A stretch of DNA of 63,999 nt, the filler included, from Licmophora abbreviata (lineage: Eukaryota): NCBI GenBank assembly GCA_900291995.1. It is 15 parts of 15 records of this genome, joined end to end, with 100 filler letters (N's around TTAATTAATTAA, not from the genome) between each part and the next. Parts side by side here need not be neighbours in the genome. Positions count along the whole stretch, not along the records: positions 30,145 to 34,250 come from OLMU01003415.1; positions 34,351 to 37,650 come from OLMU01003416.1; positions 37,751 to 39,783 come from OLMU01003417.1; positions 39,884 to 41,449 come from OLMU01003418.1; positions 41,550 to 49,012 come from OLMU01003421.1; 10 more parts are not named here. One strand, given 5' to 3'. This document shows positions 32,330-44,682 of this stretch, in pieces. The notes under the pieces were generated by a model, which saw only the letters and a list, made by a program, of their open reading frames with translations, did not search any database and had not been told where the DNA came from. Both the position numbers and the translations under genes were made by a program. Each line of letters begins with the position of its first letter. Position 1 is the first letter of the stretch.

Positions 32330-35225
32330 TTACTCTCCTCGTTTGCTTGCGCCCGCAAGACCCAACATGATGACGATACTCGCCGCCGTGGTCGTTGGAG
32401 CTTGCATGGCGGCTACGAGACAACCAATCATGTAGCCGGTGTTTGTTGTCGTTGCCAACGGTGGGGTGTCGGCATCGCTGCCGTCTTCGTCATCTCCTTC
32501 GGCTCCACTGCTGCTGCTATCGTCCACTGTTACCCACCATGGAATATCGGAAGCGGCTCGTCGATCCATGGCTTGAAGTGTGCGATGAGTTTCGGTCAGA
32601 ACATTCGATGCATGACTCTTCATGTGGCCCTGCAAGTCTCCTGGGAGCCATCGGAGATCCAGACTTTGCCTGCTTGCCGGCGAGAAGCTCGTTGCTCCAC
32701 CCTTGGAACGCAATCGCTTGGCGAATGCCTCCTTTGACGATCGGTGTAGCATATGATGCTGGTCTTCGGAAACGTCGCCTAGAAGGATGGATCGCGTGAC
32801 CTCTTGTAGGGCATGTGACGAGTCGTCGGCTGAGAATTCTGCATGCCCGACCAGAAGATCCATCCCCTCTTGTCGGTCTGCGTCGATAAAGTTATTCAGA
32901 TAGTATCGTTGCAACGAATTCATACCGTCGTCCAGCGCACCACGCTTCGTTCGCTTGCCGGTTCGTGTGAAGTCTCCTTTGAGAGCGGGAGTGCCGGCGT
33001 AGAGACGCGAAATGGCGTCCGCATTGTCGGCCCATAGATATCGATGGGCTGTCTCTCCTTCGGACCAAGGCAGCGCCAAGGAGTTTCCATCAAACGCGGT
33101 CGTAAACCCCAAGGGAAGACTACGCGCGGAGCTACCAGCAGTGCCGACGTAGTGACCGCATTCCGAGAGCTGTCGATACATCATAAATCGCCCAAACAAG
33201 CTCTGCACCACATTTGTTCGATCGAGACAATCCATGCAGTTGGTTCTGACGACACCGCGCTGTTTCGACACTACCGTCCAGTTACTGTCCGGTAAAACAC
33301 ACAAGTACCCCTGCTCCTCCAAGGTAGGAGATAGATCCTTGAGCAGTGACCCCAGTCTATCCCATCGACCGTTTTTCACTTCCGCATGAAAGTCGAACCA
33401 CACGTGTCGCACCATGTTAGGTGCCAACCTCCAGAAAGAATCTTTGCCAGCCTCTTCCTCCTCCTCACTGCTCACCGTGCTGTTCGATACCGTGTACACG
33501 TCCAACACAGCCTGCAAGACGGCATCGAACGCCCGTCCCAGTCTACCTTGATCCTTCTTTTTGTCAATCAAATTGACAAACGCCAGCTGCGCATATTTCG
33601 TCGGATTCTCATAGTCATAGGTAGCATACAAATCACACTCGCGACGGACGTGACTCCGCAGTGCACGACCCTGTGCCAGGGGATCCGTTCCGATACGCAC
33701 ACGCGGTCGATATGTCTTGACATCAGCCGGACTGGACCATCGCAATGGAACCGACCCTCGCGTCTGCACATGACTCAACAAGACGCTGGATGTATTGTTG
33801 GTGCTCTCGCGTTTGGCCTTCCTTGATGCGCTCTTATCACTACTACTCCGCAACCACAAAACTTGCTCCGTTTCGGCGTAATTCGCAACATGCCCGTGGG
33901 CATCAGCTCCCCGTTTCGTAAATCGCGTTCCTGCACGAAACCGACTGCGCCGACTCATCAAGACTTGATCGTACGTCATGTTGGCAGCCGCAAGCTTGAC
34001 ATTGCGTTGGACTCCTACAAACATGGATGTGACAGGAATAGTGTGTCGCAGGAGCGTTTCGTACGCTCGTCGCTCGTCCGAATCTGTCTTGTCCAGCAGC
34101 TGCTGATACTTGCGTTCCATGGGAGCCACAGACGGTTCGTTCCAAAAGAAGCGCTGATCGGGACGGTAGGCGCTGCCAGAAAGCCACCAATCGTTCGTTG
34201 CAGTCTTATTCCTGTTGCTACCATCCACTGGATGCGATACTTCAAGTGCGNNNNNNNNNNNNNNNNNNNNNNNNNNNNNNNNNNNNNNNNNNNNTTAATT
34301 AATTAANNNNNNNNNNNNNNNNNNNNNNNNNNNNNNNNNNNNNNNNNNNNGTTGCTACCATCCACTGGATGCGATACTCAAGTGCGCGTTGCCACGAGTG
34401 CGTCATGTCACGCACAATACTACTCCGACACTGGTCGTCTTGTTCTCTGTTGCTCGACGGTGGCGGCACCAGATAGAATTCATGCTGCCGCAACGCATGT
34501 CGCAACAATCGCACCTGTCGAGCTTCTTCCTTCATCGTTCGTTGTTGCAAGGGAACTGCAGTAGAAGTTGCTTTTGTGCCATCACGGGGCAATTGCATAT
34601 GCACTAGTTCAAGTGCATTGACGCGATGAATCTTCCAGTCGCATTCCTTGTTTTCATAGACACTTTCCGTAGAAGTAATCAAGACCCAAATCAAGCCCGA
34701 GGGAACGGAGTAGACTCCATAGATGCCCTCAAGGGGGACCCAAGATTCATCCTTCGAGTCAGTTTTTCCTCGACGATTGTAAGGCTCGGCATGCCATTGT
34801 CCGTCCTCACTGTCAAGCGAGACCTGTACGGTTGTATTTGTAGACGTCGCGGGGTCGAGACATCGAAATCGGAGCAAATGGCCGTGTTTACTTTGCTGAA
34901 CCCACAAGGATGATGAATGCGACGTATCATCATGCCTATCGGACGATATTCGTCTTTTCGAAAGCAGTGTACCGCTGTTTTGTTGGCTGTGATGAAATAT
35001 GCTCTTCTTGGAGGATCGACTTCCAAAACCAGAAAGACGCGTACGATGACGGCGTCTCTTGCCACTGCTACTCAGTGAGGAAGCAGGCAGGGAGGCTGCA
35101 GCAGTGACGGGAATGACTACAGTTTCCTCGACACTCCATAAAATCAAGATCCATATCAAGAGCACCAGTACAGGAAACAGCTGGATCCTTCGAACACGAC
35201 GACGCGATGTCTGTTCCTCCATCAT
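32330..35225 (-). CDS. SAC1: Sac1-family phosphoinositide phosphatase; spans a gap
   Basis: SRRSRFRAGTRFTKRG, ANYAETEQ, QTRGSVPLRW, catalytic RTNCMDCLDRTNVVQ, WADNADAISRLYAGTPALKGDFTRTGKRT; gap flanks overlap. Confidence 0.9.
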
Positions 35226-35743
35226 CGTCTATCGGTTCTACACGTTTTACAATTCTTTGTATGGCGTGGTTGTGCGCTATCTGGAGGTCATTTCTGTCTT
35301 GCGCTCTTCTCTCTTCTTCTCTATCTGGTACTTGAAGATACCTCTCGTGTTTGGTTCCTCTAATGGACTTCTCTTTTTGCTTCGATTGCTCTCACACGAA
35401 CGAACGAACAACACCAACAGCGAGACCCTCAATCGATGATGTGATCTCTGCCATCATCCCATCCTTTTTTTGGTGAGTTCGGAGTTTTGCCCCTTCCACG
35501 TGGAGTGCGCCACTTCCGGGTGACACCAATGACGAAACGTCCCAAACTCCCACAAGATCGCGAACCTGGATCTTCAACAAAAAGACGCGTCGTCTGTGCG
35601 AAACAACGGCGAGTTTTCTCGTTTCGAACGAAAAGTGGCGACGTGGATGATGACGGGAAGAAGGAACCAAAGGCCTTCCTTCTCTCATCACGAGCAGTCT
35701 TCCAATTAAACACTACCAGTTCGAATAAGGGATCAACAGCAAC

Positions 35744-36376
35744 ATGGAAAAGTATAGACTCGTCGAAGAACACAAGGGCGAAGGCGAGGACTTTCTAGAC
35801 AGTCCCCCAGATGTTAGCACAACTTCGACTTCCTCCGGCGCTCCTCCTCCCCACCTCTCGTCATCTGATCCTTCCTCCGAAGTCCGAATTACACAACAGG
35901 GCAAACCGCGGAACTATATATCTTACATTATGACTCTCTTCAATTCTGGTCACGACCTGGTGGTCCTCAAGGCCATGGGCCGCGCCATCAACAAGGCCGT
36001 CACCATTGCCGAGATTCTCAAACGAAAACTGCCGCTCCACCAGGTGACGCAGTTGAGCAGTCTGCAAATGATGGATGTCTTTGAACCTCTCGAGGAGGGA
36101 CTCGATGTGGTGGCCTCCAAACGATACGTCAGCTGCATGAAGATTATACTCTCGACTTCCCCGCACAATGTCAGTACAGACGACATTGGCTATCAAGCGC
36201 CGACGACTGCCATGGAGGAAGCATCGAGTGAGACTGCTGCAGCCGGTGGTGGTCCTACCAGTATACAGCATGCTATGCATTCACAACAACAACAACAACA
36301 ACAACAACAGCAGCAGCAGGCTGTGGCATCCTATGCCAGTGCAGCACGGCATGGAGAACCACCGGTAGTGTCATGA
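35744..36376 (+). CDS. Alba-domain protein (Rpp25-like); 3' end uncertain
   Basis: EVRITQQGKPRNYISY, VVLKAMGRAINKAVTIAEILKR, FEPLEEGL, GYQAP; polyQ tail. Confidence 0.85.
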   Translation: MEKYRLVEEHKGEGEDFLDSPPDVSTTSTSSGAPPPHLSSSDPSSEVRITQQGKPRNYISYIMTLFNSGHDLVVLKAMGRAINKAVTIAEILKRKLPLHQVTQLSSLQMMDVFEPLEEGLDVVASKRYVSCMKIILSTSPHNVSTDDIGYQAPTTAMEEASSETAAAGGGPTSIQHAMHSQQQQQQQQQQQQAVASYASAARHGEPPVVS

Positions 36377-36727
36377 TCGAGACACTATCAATATGATCAG
36401 TTTTGGGGCACATATATGATGTGATAGAAGGATGAGGAGAGAGATCTTCCACTCAGAATGAGCTCATTGCTTAGAAGGAAGCATCATCCAGGGAAGGGTC
36501 AACAAGCAATGGAACCGGAAACAAAACGCGCGCGAATGCTATATCACCGAGAGGCGGAGCTGCCCCGAGTCTGGACCACAGTAATGGCATGACGGACTCT
36601 CCACTTCTCGAGTCAAACGATACTCTACAGCAATACTTAATAGAAGAGATAGGACGTTCGACACTCCTTACACACTTTCAACATGATATTGCTGGACTAG
36701 CATTCTCTGCTACTACAAGCTATTCTA

Positions 36728-37650
36728 CTAGTAGGAGCTCTTTGTTGGATGCCTGTACCCGAAAGCCTCCATCATGTCGCGATCCAGAATTCTTCGTGCA
36801 GCTTGTAGATCTTTCTTACTCCATTGATGTTGGTAGCTACCTCGCTTCCACCCATACCGAATCCACGTGTCGAGTAATCCCATGCGTACACTCCCATGTC
36901 CCGTGTAGTCTTCTTTGCTACTCGTTAGTCGGGCTTGAAACTGGCGTCTGGGAGCCACCGAAGCACTACCTCTGCTACTAGTATTCGTTCTATCCCCCAG
37001 GCACTCACACAGTCGGTTCGCAACCACATCTGGATAAAAGATGAGATCTTCCAGTCGAATCACGATACGAGGCTCCAAACTGTCAAAGTAAGAACGATAC
37101 CATCGATTCCAGACATGCGCAAGTGAGTCGTACGTCAAATTGCCAGCCCCGTAGTGGATGGTCACCGGAACGCCACCACCGCTCTGGTCGTCTATTAAAT
37201 TTGGACAGTGCTTCGGTGAGTGCGTCCAGTTTGCCGCATAGGGTACGGCACACATCCTCACAAACCAATCGTAGGGATGGCGAATGGTAACAAGAGGGAG
37301 TGTGTAGTGTTGCTGTAATGATTCGTTCCTTCCATCCTCATCCAGCGAACCTACTCGATGGATGTTTCGATACTCGTATGGTGTATGTTTGCCAGATTGT
37401 GGCTGAAACAGTACACGATCTCCAATGTTGCCATCCTCTTGATCTAGATGACAATTGGTCCGGAGCAAATCGTACAGCAAATGAGTACCCGAGTGAAACA
37501 AGCCCGTAGGAGCCATCCGTAGCAACGGTGTACTTGTAGATGTGCTAAGGATGGTATTGCACCACCCCTCTTCCAGTCCAAGTATCACAGGCTCCTCGCC
37601 GTATTGATCCACAACGTGTTGCCAGGGTGGGAGGTGCCGTTGCATGCTCG
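36728..37650 (-). CDS. Sulfotransferase-like protein (VPWGKH family, divergent), 5' end truncated by a gap
   Basis: GLFHSGTHLL, PQSGKH, IRHPYDWFVRMCAVPY, HCPNL, SLAHVWNRWY, IRLEDLIFYP. Confidence 0.72.
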
Positions 37651-38111
37651 NNNNNNNNNNNNNNNNNNNNNNNNNNNNNNNNNNNNNNNNNNNNTTAATT
37701 AATTAANNNNNNNNNNNNNNNNNNNNNNNNNNNNNNNNNNNNNNNNNNNNACTCCTGAACGTTTGTGGTGTCTTTGAAAATACATGAAATACAGGAAATA
37801 CGTGAATATGAGTAAACAAGAACGTTTGAAATTTTCGCGGGCGCAAAATTTGCGAAAGCAAACCGATGCTGTGAGTGATGTGAGTGATGTCTCATTGATT
37901 TCGGGACTGCTACTCGAGACCTGGGAGCCAGTGTCGTTCGTTCGTTCGTTCGTTCCACTAGAACAGGCCTCCACATTGGAGAAACGGAAATTATTCTCTT
38001 ATCACTTCTGCAAAAGGAACAGGGAAGTTTGGGAGAAGAGATCCCAAAAAGAAGAGAGAGTCGCGAACCGGGAGTGAGATTGATTCTCGCAAACAGAACA
38101 ATCCCCTCACA

Positions 38112-39692
38112 ATGGAAGAACGCTGTCGTAAGGAGATTGAGCGTCTCCATCGCTTCTTTGTCGAATGGTTCTGTGGGACTGTGCCAAAGGACCACGAGTA
38201 TTTTGAAGCGCACGCTAGCTGTGCCTTTTCGCCGGACATGACCATGATTACGCCGGCCGGTGTCGTGGTGACACGACCGGCACTGATGGATCGACTGCAG
38301 CAGGGGTACGGATGCCATGCGGTAAAGAAATTTTCCATTGATGTTCGAGATATTCAAGTCATACATTCGCACAACGATGAGTACTGCCTCTTGACGTATC
38401 AAGAATGGCAGCAGCTTGGTGATGATGACACTGAGACGACGCGTATTTCCACTGCCTTGTTTCGAAGTACAACAAGTGATTGCCCGCATGGAGTCCAGTG
38501 GGTGCACCTGCAGGAAACATGGGTAGAAGACAACACCACTGAACTACCAAAAGAAGAAGGAACGAGTTCGGAGCCGGCTCCGTCGCACTCTCTCGATACT
38601 AAAACACGAGTACCGGTACAGCCATCTTCTGCTCTGAACCGACCGAGCTTGACACGCGAAGCGAGCTTGGTGTCGAAGCGGCGCCACTTGTATCCGAAAA
38701 TAGACAGTGAGTTCGAAGAGATCGAAATGATCAGTAACACAGATGGTGAAATTGCAGGAATCAATATTGAGGGCTGGAAGATTACAACGCAACAAGGCAG
38801 TATTGCCGACGAAGCCTGGCTGAGCCAGGCCACAGAACGACTCTCCGAATTGTCACAGCCGAAAGTGTCCTCACGTTCTTCCGTCGAGAGGAATAATGAT
38901 GCACAAGCCGATATGCGTCGACTGAATCTGCCCGAAATGGTATTCTCGCATGCACACGTGTCGTTGGTACACGAAGAGCGGCAGCTCAAGGTAACGTTTG
39001 GAGCCTATGCCGCCCTACGTGCGTGGGCGTTGGCTCATACGGGAATCCCCTTGCAAAGCAAGAAATCACACCGCGGTGTATCCGTACTGCAATCCATCGA
39101 CGCTGCATTGTGGCTGCAACGGAAAAGGAGCGACTCTGTCTCGAACAGCAGTGGTGATATAGTGTGGAGCAACTTTCACTACGACTGGACGTTCAGTACA
39201 CCGCACGCTTCGAGCAGTACGATGGATATCACATGGCACCCGCTGGAAGAGTCGGGCATCAACCAAACCTTGCTTCAGGACCAGTCGATCCCAATTTTGT
39301 TGTTTGACGATGTCTTGCTGTACGAAGACGATTTGCATGACAATGGAGAGGTGAAGTTGTCGGTCAAGGTTCGAGTAATGCCTACATGCATCTTTTGCTT
39401 GGAACACTTGTGGTTACGTGTCGATGGTGTTTTGTTGCGTGTACGTGATACCAGAGTCATGTTTGACTTTGGGAAAGAGGGTGAAGAAACTGCCGTGTAT
39501 CGAGATATATCGTGGCGCGAGTGCCCGTGGGCACAGCTGGAAGTGAATGGATTGCCGTCCGACGTTCGGTCTTGGTGCGTTCCTCAGGATGGTTCGGCTG
39601 CCGAGTCTCGCGCCTTTCAGGAGCAGCTACAAAAGATTCCGTCGGTGCCGCTACCTACTGATTTGCCAGCGCATTCTGTCATGAACGAGTGA
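38112..39692 (+). CDS. Fusion of an N-terminal NTF2-like/DUF4440-type domain and a TIP41 (TIPRL) domain
   Basis: N-terminal EIERLHRFFVEWF..FSPDMTMITPAG..WVHLQETW; C-terminal LPEMVF, YDWTFSTP, LYEDDLHDNG..LSVKVRVMP..LRVDGVLLRVRDTR. Confidence 0.82.
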   Translation: MEERCRKEIERLHRFFVEWFCGTVPKDHEYFEAHASCAFSPDMTMITPAGVVVTRPALMDRLQQGYGCHAVKKFSIDVRDIQVIHSHNDEYCLLTYQEWQQLGDDDTETTRISTALFRSTTSDCPHGVQWVHLQETWVEDNTTELPKEEGTSSEPAPSHSLDTKTRVPVQPSSALNRPSLTREASLVSKRRHLYPKIDSEFEEIEMISNTDGEIAGINIEGWKITTQQGSIADEAWLSQATERLSELSQPKVSSRSSVERNNDAQADMRRLNLPEMVFSHAHVSLVHEERQLKVTFGAYAALRAWALAHTGIPLQSKKSHRGVSVLQSIDAALWLQRKRSDSVSNSSGDIVWSNFHYDWTFSTPHASSSTMDITWHPLEESGINQTLLQDQSIPILLFDDVLLYEDDLHDNGEVKLSVKVRVMPTCIFCLEHLWLRVDGVLLRVRDTRVMFDFGKEGEETAVYRDISWRECPWAQLEVNGLPSDVRSWCVPQDGSAAESRAFQEQLQKIPSVPLPTDLPAHSVMNE

Positions 39693-40134
39693 ATGTTAAA
39701 TGTATGATACTTGAATAGAAGTCGGAGTGTTATATTAATCTTGAGAAGAGAAGTGGCAGTACCGGTAGCGCTCGGGAAATGGCNNNNNNNNNNNNNNNNN
39801 NNNNNNNNNNNNNNNNNNNNNNNNNNNTTAATTAATTAANNNNNNNNNNNNNNNNNNNNNNNNNNNNNNNNNNNNNNNNNNNNAAATGTTAAATGTATGA
39901 TACTTGAAAAGAAGTCGGAGTGTTATATTAATCTTGAGAAGAGAAGTGGCAGTACTGGTAGCGCTCGGCAAATGGCGGAACGACCACACCAATTAAACAT
40001 TAGTATTCGTTGCCTCCAGTTCGTCGATGAGCCTCACGCCTAGCCACTTACAATCTCGTACAATGAATTTAACAACAGGCACGTGACGAGGTTTTGTACT
40101 TCGTATTATAAGAGTATATTGAAACTTGAAAGTG

Positions 40135-41028
40135 CTAGCACTGCTCCTCGACGTATGCCATCGCATATTCTTCCGTTGCCATCATTGTAATGACAATATC
40201 GACCAATGGTTCGTCCCCATCGAAGAAACAGACACCCGCGAGATTATGTCCTTCGCCCAAAAGAGTTTGAATTCTGTAGGTGAGATCTCCCTCAAGTTCT
40301 TGAAGCCTTGATCGTAATGTGACCGCTTCTGACTCGTACTCGGTGTAAAGCTCCAAGATCTGGGAGAGAATCAATTTCTCGTTCCCCTTATTCTTTTCCA
40401 TAATCAAGTCCAGCTCGAGCTCCGATATAAAGTGACTCTCTGTAAGCGTACTCTCCAAGCGCCGATCATTCGTAATGAGCGCATCCCTCTTGCGTGCCAG
40501 GGCCCTGAGCTTTTCCTTTTGGTCTTCGCTAAGCCACTGCTTCGCCTCGAAATCGGGAACCGACGCGGCTGTATTATGACTCCCTCTTAATCTCTGAACG
40601 TCCATAGCTCGTCGAAGTCTCTTATCCGTCGTGATTGGAGTGCAATCTGGATTCGGTCTAAAGACCCCACAGCTCCCAATGCCCTTCCAGTTCCAAACAA
40701 GCGATGCCTCCCCGTCCTCGTGCTCCGCCAAGTATCCTGGACATGGCTGCATGTCGGCCAGGGGAAGTCCGCGACAAATATCAATTTCTTCTTCATCCTT
40801 GGTAACATTCGGCAGTGGCATGGGGCTGACGAGGTGGTCTGTGACTACGTCGGCCAATATTGCCAAGTCATGCTCCGCGGTGCAGTGTACCCCCGTGACT
40901 CTGACTTGTATCGAGTAGAAGAATCGCTCTTCCAGTACGTCCACGCAGTCCTCTCCAGCGGAGCCACCAGAGGTCCCTATGGGGAAGTATAGCAGGCCGA
41001 GCAGTGCGGTGATATAGTAAAGCTTCAT
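40135..41028 (-). CDS. Secreted protein of unknown function (Cys-containing N-domain plus coiled coil)
   Basis: 297-aa ORF with a clear signal peptide; a paralogous C-terminus lies directly upstream. Confidence 0.7.
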   Translation of the reverse strand: MKLYYITALLGLLYFPIGTSGGSAGEDCVDVLEERFFYSIQVRVTGVHCTAEHDLAILADVVTDHLVSPMPLPNVTKDEEEIDICRGLPLADMQPCPGYLAEHEDGEASLVWNWKGIGSCGVFRPNPDCTPITTDKRLRRAMDVQRLRGSHNTAASVPDFEAKQWLSEDQKEKLRALARKRDALITNDRRLESTLTESHFISELELDLIMEKNKGNEKLILSQILELYTEYESEAVTLRSRLQELEGDLTYRIQTLLGEGHNLAGVCFFDGDEPLVDIVITMMATEEYAMAYVEEQC

Positions 41029-41369
41029 GGGACCTGTCCTAAAAAGATCGAGAACGGTGAACAGCAGATATTGAATATACGACTGAAGCTACACGATCAG
41101 CGATGTGTGCGTGTGTGTTCATGGTCGACAACGAGTTTGGGCCTCCTCTGGCGATGACCCGATGTATTTATGGCATACTTGAATATTATGAAATATATTC
41201 AATCCTGAAGCATATATACTTGTGTATCAATGGTCATCGTGGCAGTTGCGCCTGCCGAGCTCGAAAGGAAACGCCTTCGAAACCTGATCCTCATCCCAAT
41301 GCTGAGGCCTGCAAGTGTACGACCAACAACAATACCTAAAGGCCAGTTTATACACCACATCTTATTTCA

Positions 41370-41449
41370 TCAACACTGCTCGTCTACATAAGCCGCTGCG
41401 TATTCTTCCGTTGCCATCAGAGTAATGACAACGTCGACCTGCGGTTTCT
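41370..41449 (-). CDS. 3' end of a tandem paralog of 40135-41028 (rest in the gap)
   Basis: KPQVDVVITLMATEEYAAAYVDEQC* versus EPLVDIVITMMATEEYAMAYVEEQC*. Confidence 0.75.
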
Positions 41450-41632
41450 NNNNNNNNNNNNNNNNNNNNNNNNNNNNNNNNNNNNNNNNNNNNTTAATTA
41501 ATTAANNNNNNNNNNNNNNNNNNNNNNNNNNNNNNNNNNNNNNNNNNNNTGGGATCAGTTCAGGTCGCCAACGACATTCGCCGATTGAGGAGCCACTCGA
41601 CTTACCACTGTGTTCCCTTTTGATTCTACTAG

Positions 41633-42097
41633 GCAAAACGAGGCAAACGCAAGGGCGCTCCCGGTACGAGTAGTACGAAAAAGGCGGCAGCCAGTCTCGC
41701 ACCGGAAGAAGTCTTTTACGAGGGCCCTCCTGCTATTACCGAAACGATCGCCCCTACTATCAGCATCCTGACTGTGGTGGGTATTATTCCCGCTGCAGCC
41801 GCCTGGGCTCGCCAGGCGTGGGTGCGCTATAAGATTACTTCCAGACGCGTCCGAGTCACCTCTGGAATTGGTGGCAAGGAAATGGCCGAGATTGTTTATC
41901 CTGATATTGTCGAGCTGCGAACTGCCAAGAGGCTGTTCGGAGATGGAGACATGGTGGCGTTTTTGAGGGACGGAGCGCGATTCGAGATTCGCAATGTGCC
42001 AAATTTTGAAGAGGCTATCGAATTTGTCCTCAAGTACGTCGATAAGGAAGTTGCAGAGCAGTACCGTGAAGGAGGAGACGTGACGAATCCGCAATAA
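41633..42097 (+). CDS. Membrane-anchored bacterial-type PH domain protein (bPH_2-like, probably plastid), last exon
   Basis: Acceptor ctag at 41632; EEVFYEGPPA, a TM segment, WVRYKITSRRVRVTSG..EIVY.DI..GDMV..LRDG..EIRNVPNF. Confidence 0.65.
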   Translation, partial: AKRGKRKGAPGTSSTKKAAASLAPEEVFYEGPPAITETIAPTISILTVVGIIPAAAAWARQAWVRYKITSRRVRVTSGIGGKEMAEIVYPDIVELRTAKRLFGDGDMVAFLRDGARFEIRNVPNFEEAIEFVLKYVDKEVAEQYREGGDVTNPQ

Positions 42098-42402
42098 GGA
42101 TTTTTTTTGGGACGAAGGAACCGAGTCGAGTTTAGTCGAGTCCAGTCTGCTGAAATCCTATACACAAAATAACCATTGCATTTGTGTTTCACATCAAAAG
42201 CGTATCAAAGCTAAATAATCCGCCTTGCCATCACCAGCCTCGCTCTTGCTGTAATCTGCAAGCTGCACGAACAAACGAATGTAGAACAAACGACTTCGTC
42301 CATCAAAGTCTATGTTTACGCTATGATGCCTGAGCTTCTTGCATAGAGTCCGCCCGCAAATCTCTTGCACCCCGCAACACAGTCCATGCCCATATACTCC
42401 TT

Positions 42403-44236
42403 TTACATCATGCCCCCACCCGACGGATCTGCCGGAGGCCGGCCCATTTGCTTCCCAGCACGCATGACTTCATCCACTAGCAACAATTGCGACGCCAAAA
42501 TCGTCGACAAGAACAGACACTGACGTTTTACACGAAGATTGTCCCACACACCCTCGTCGGCGGGAAGCATCGGCTCGCCCGTCTGGCAGTTGAGTCCCAC
42601 CGCCAGTCCCGACGACTCACGCTCATCCTGAAGCGTCAGCAGACACTCTTGCACATCAAATCCTGAGTTCTCGGCAAGCGTCTTGGGGACGATCAAGAGC
42701 GACTCCGCAAACGCCTCGACTCCCAACTTGGCGCGTCCCTTGGTCTGTTTGACTGTCGTATCCCGCAAATGCATTGCCGCTGCAAGTTCAAAGGCCCCTG
42801 CACCCGGCACAAGCGCATTGTCTTCAATGGCATTCTTGACGGCCCGCAATCCATCTCTAACTGCATCCTTGATTTGTTCAATCGTATGCGCGTTAGGGCC
42901 CTGCAACAACAACGTACATGACTTGGGGTGACGACACTCTTCAACAAAGGTGAACTTGTCATCGCCAATGGTCACTTCAGAGACTTTTCCGGCAAGGCCG
43001 AGCTGCGAAGCATCCATGTCATCTAGCGAATGGATGGGCGACCCGCCACAGGCCAATGTGAGACGCTCCATGTTGCGGCGTTTAGCACGACGCAGACACA
43101 GAATGCCTTCCTTGGCAAAAATGTCCAGGGACAAAGGATCAATGCCTTTTTGATTGATCATGACGAAAGACTGTTAAGTGGAGGGTTGGTCAAAGCAGTT
43201 GAGCACAGGGTGAGCAAGCGAAACGCAACTGAAGTTCCATTCACCCGGTATCATACTCACCTCTCCTTCTTTACAGACCGACCGTTTGAAGTCGACCACC
43301 TGCTTACATCGCTCATCAAGCCACTTTCTTTCACTTTCTACCAACTTTTCGCGCTCTTCTGCATTGCTGTAGAAGAATCCACTCTGCACTTCGGTCTTTT
43401 CGTATTCAAACGTGACGTTGCATGTCATGATGTGACAATTCATCAGCACCTTGGGCATGTCGGGATGACGACCACCATGATCCAAGACGAGTCCATTGAC
43501 GAATCGAGAATCAGTCCCCAGCTTTCGCTGCATCGTCATGACTTCAATGCGATTCAGATCGATCGGTTCTTTGTTCGTATCGTCCGCAATACATTGGATG
43601 GCGTCCACCACCGCATTGGTCATTTGACTCGCAAGTTCTGGGTCCAGTTTGGTATGGAGCGATGTAGACGCGATCGATGTTAGGAGATCACGATTGGTAC
43701 TCATGGTTTCGAAGGGGACAGCAAAGTCCTTGAGAAAGTCGAGCGTGGCATTCTTGGCCAGTTCGAGTCCATCGACCAAAACGCGTGGATGAAGACCTTC
43801 GTTGGCATAGCGATCGCACTGTTTGAGCAGTTCCCCACAGAGAAGGACCGTGGACGTAGTGCCATCGCCCGTCACGTCATCCTGCGACAGAGAGAAACGA
43901 GTAATGGAATGATGGGTGAGAAAGGACGGTACTCTAAGCTTTACCCTCCACCCCCCAGAAACAAGCCTCATGCCCCCTCACCTGCGCAGTGGCCGTCCTC
44001 GCAATCATTCCAGCGGTCGGATGCTGGATTTGCATTTCATGCAGTAACACATTGCCATCCTTGGTGAGCTTGATCTGTCCGGCGCCGCCAACGAGCATTT
44101 TCAGCGTTCCCCTCGGACCCAAATTGGACTTCAGTACCGACTGCAGTCCGACTCCTGCAGCGACGTTCACCGCGCGGGCTTGAACTTTTCCGACGACTTC
44201 GGCGTTTGGGGATAATTCTTGAAGACGAGACGTCAT
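42403..44236 (-). CDS. CCT6: T-complex protein 1 subunit zeta; introns 43981-43882 and 43260-43171
   Basis: [72 protein letters not shown]. Confidence 0.96.
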
Positions 44237-44682
44237 TGTAGGACGGTGATGAACTGAAGATCGATACGGAAGCTCAGAAAGGGGTTTGAAACGAAACGCC
44301 ACCGTCAACAACAACACAATCTCAATGCAATGCTTCGCCGCTTGTGGTCGTGTGGTCCACCCGCCGCGAAAAGCGAACGCGCGAAGAATGAGCGGTGCGC
44401 GAATGCGGGGGCCGGGGCGCCAAAAGAGTGAGCATCTCAGTACTGAGGCTACATACACGTACGGCTGGTTTATCTCATTGAAGTAGAGTTCGCGCCCCCG
44501 CGGTCGGGTGGTTTGGGGTTAGCGTCTTGTCACACTCGGACAACAATAGCACTCGGATGATGCCGCATTGCCAAATTGATTGTCTCACCTTGTATCATAC
44601 CCGTCTTCGTCGTTACCACACTGCGACGTCGCTCCTTATCGCCCCCGCGCTTCACACGATCCACTACCATTAACTCGCTTCA

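Noticed and set aside
29929..39976. Direct repeats flanking gaps (29929-30044/30145-30260, 34214-34250/34351-34386, about 39693-39783/39885-39976) as duplications or target-site repeats
   Set aside because: These are unmerged overlapping contig ends with 1-4 differences, consistent with alleles or sequencing errors
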